From contig JBJCIZ010001543.1 in the NCBI GenBank assembly GCA_051294375.1, positions 1-8,910 on the forward strand: a stretch of DNA of 8,910 nucleotides, written 5' to 3'. Shown in pieces: positions 8,351 through 8,910 of this stretch; the stretch's first letter is position 1, and every line of letters starts with the position of its first letter. Source of the DNA: Paraspadella gotoi (lineage: Eukaryota; Animalia; Chaetognatha). Under the pieces are notes generated by a model. That model was not told the origin of the DNA, did no database searches, and worked only from the letters and a program-made list of their open reading frames with translations. The translations under genes were made by a program, and so were the position numbers.

Positions 8351-8910
8351 TTCAAATTTGATGCAAATAATCAACCAAAGTGGAAATAGATGAGTGCGAA
8401 CTCAAGTAAACCAAAGTAATAAGTGCTTTATTTTAGCTTCGACTACATACTGAGCTTGCATCAATTAGTCGCTGAACATTTGTCATCTTCTCGGTGTTAT
8501 AAAGAATAGAGACTCTCACGAATGGTGAGTTTTAGAAGTAAGAAAATATCTTAAAGTATTATAACTGCCAATATAAGTCATAGCATCAAAGGCAGATCAG
8601 AAGTATATATCTATAGTCTAGCGCGAATATAATATATTGAATAGGGAGATATAACCAATATATGACCAAGAAAATGCTGACTCAAAAACCAGAAAATAAA
8701 TAAAAAATGAGAATTAGCGAATTCGATGAGGAAGACTCTCACTGAGCTAGAGACGAGTCCGAAAAAAGAATATGATTATGCACTATTATATCATCCCTTA
8801 TCGAGATCTAGAATATCGCAAACTATCGCAACGACCCGAACGATATTATCGACCTGACCCTGAAGAAGAAGAATAGCAAGAGATAGAAGACGAGAGAGAG
8901 AGAGATAGTC

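Larger units (their letters stand above)
6700..8700 (+). mobile_element. Degenerate Ty1/Copia LTR-retrotransposon internal region (gag-PR-IN-RT relic), frameshifted and internally deleted
   Basis: Colinear motifs read across frameshifts. Gag: NLSVSHY / AEKMTKQF / YALNAAGVAFNMQEKKQWAVRGLTSDLRTK (6716-6857). Two CCHC-like knuckles (7285-7395). Protease-like WLV..S.G.SQH.ICN...KSL (7603-7685), EVT../NGS../KMRSACTGQ (7723-7780) and VTL.K (~7815). Integrase GKETEFPF (8039-8062), LYS/DV (8105-8120), ELRTDN (8172-8189). SH3-like ISYNIIPELKR.KL (8301-8340). Weaker RT N-terminal traces: KWK..MS (8378-8395) and ILN/GDI..TQKPE (8633-8693). IN before RT is the Copia order. Confidence 0.75.

Noticed and set aside
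8380-8425. VEIDE.. resembling the Merlin/IS1595 transposase motif VEIDES
   Set aside because: No other transposase motifs follow, and an overlapping frame (KWK..MS) fits the surrounding Copia order better.
8820-8910. DIIDLT, a SUMO-interacting-like motif, near the window end
   Set aside because: It is a short motif in a stop-interrupted, GA-rich terminal stretch with no supportable ORF.

Overview
AT-rich eukaryotic DNA, not prokaryotic: it has short GT-AG introns, long homopolymers and microsatellites, and an arthropod-like origin is only my inference. Nearly every reading frame is broken by small indels, so this is either an error-rich long-read consensus or heavily decayed DNA, and the supplied ORF track is mostly uninformative. 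Bases 1-6130 hold a tightly packed set of short genes or gene relics, mostly spliced, that I cannot assign to a family. These include a C-terminally anchored membrane protein disrupted by a 10-bp tandem expansion, and two diverged paralogous copies of one exon (1775-1942 and 4243-4410). Bases ~6700-8700 (+) hide a highly degenerate Ty1/Copia LTR-retrotransposon. It is recognisable only by stitching motifs across frameshifts, in the Copia order: Gag, Arg/Ser repeat linker, two CCHC knuckles, protease, integrase (LRTDN), SH3-like segment, start of RT. I found no LTRs, RNA genes or CRISPR arrays. All protein reconstructions were done by eye and need HMM confirmation.
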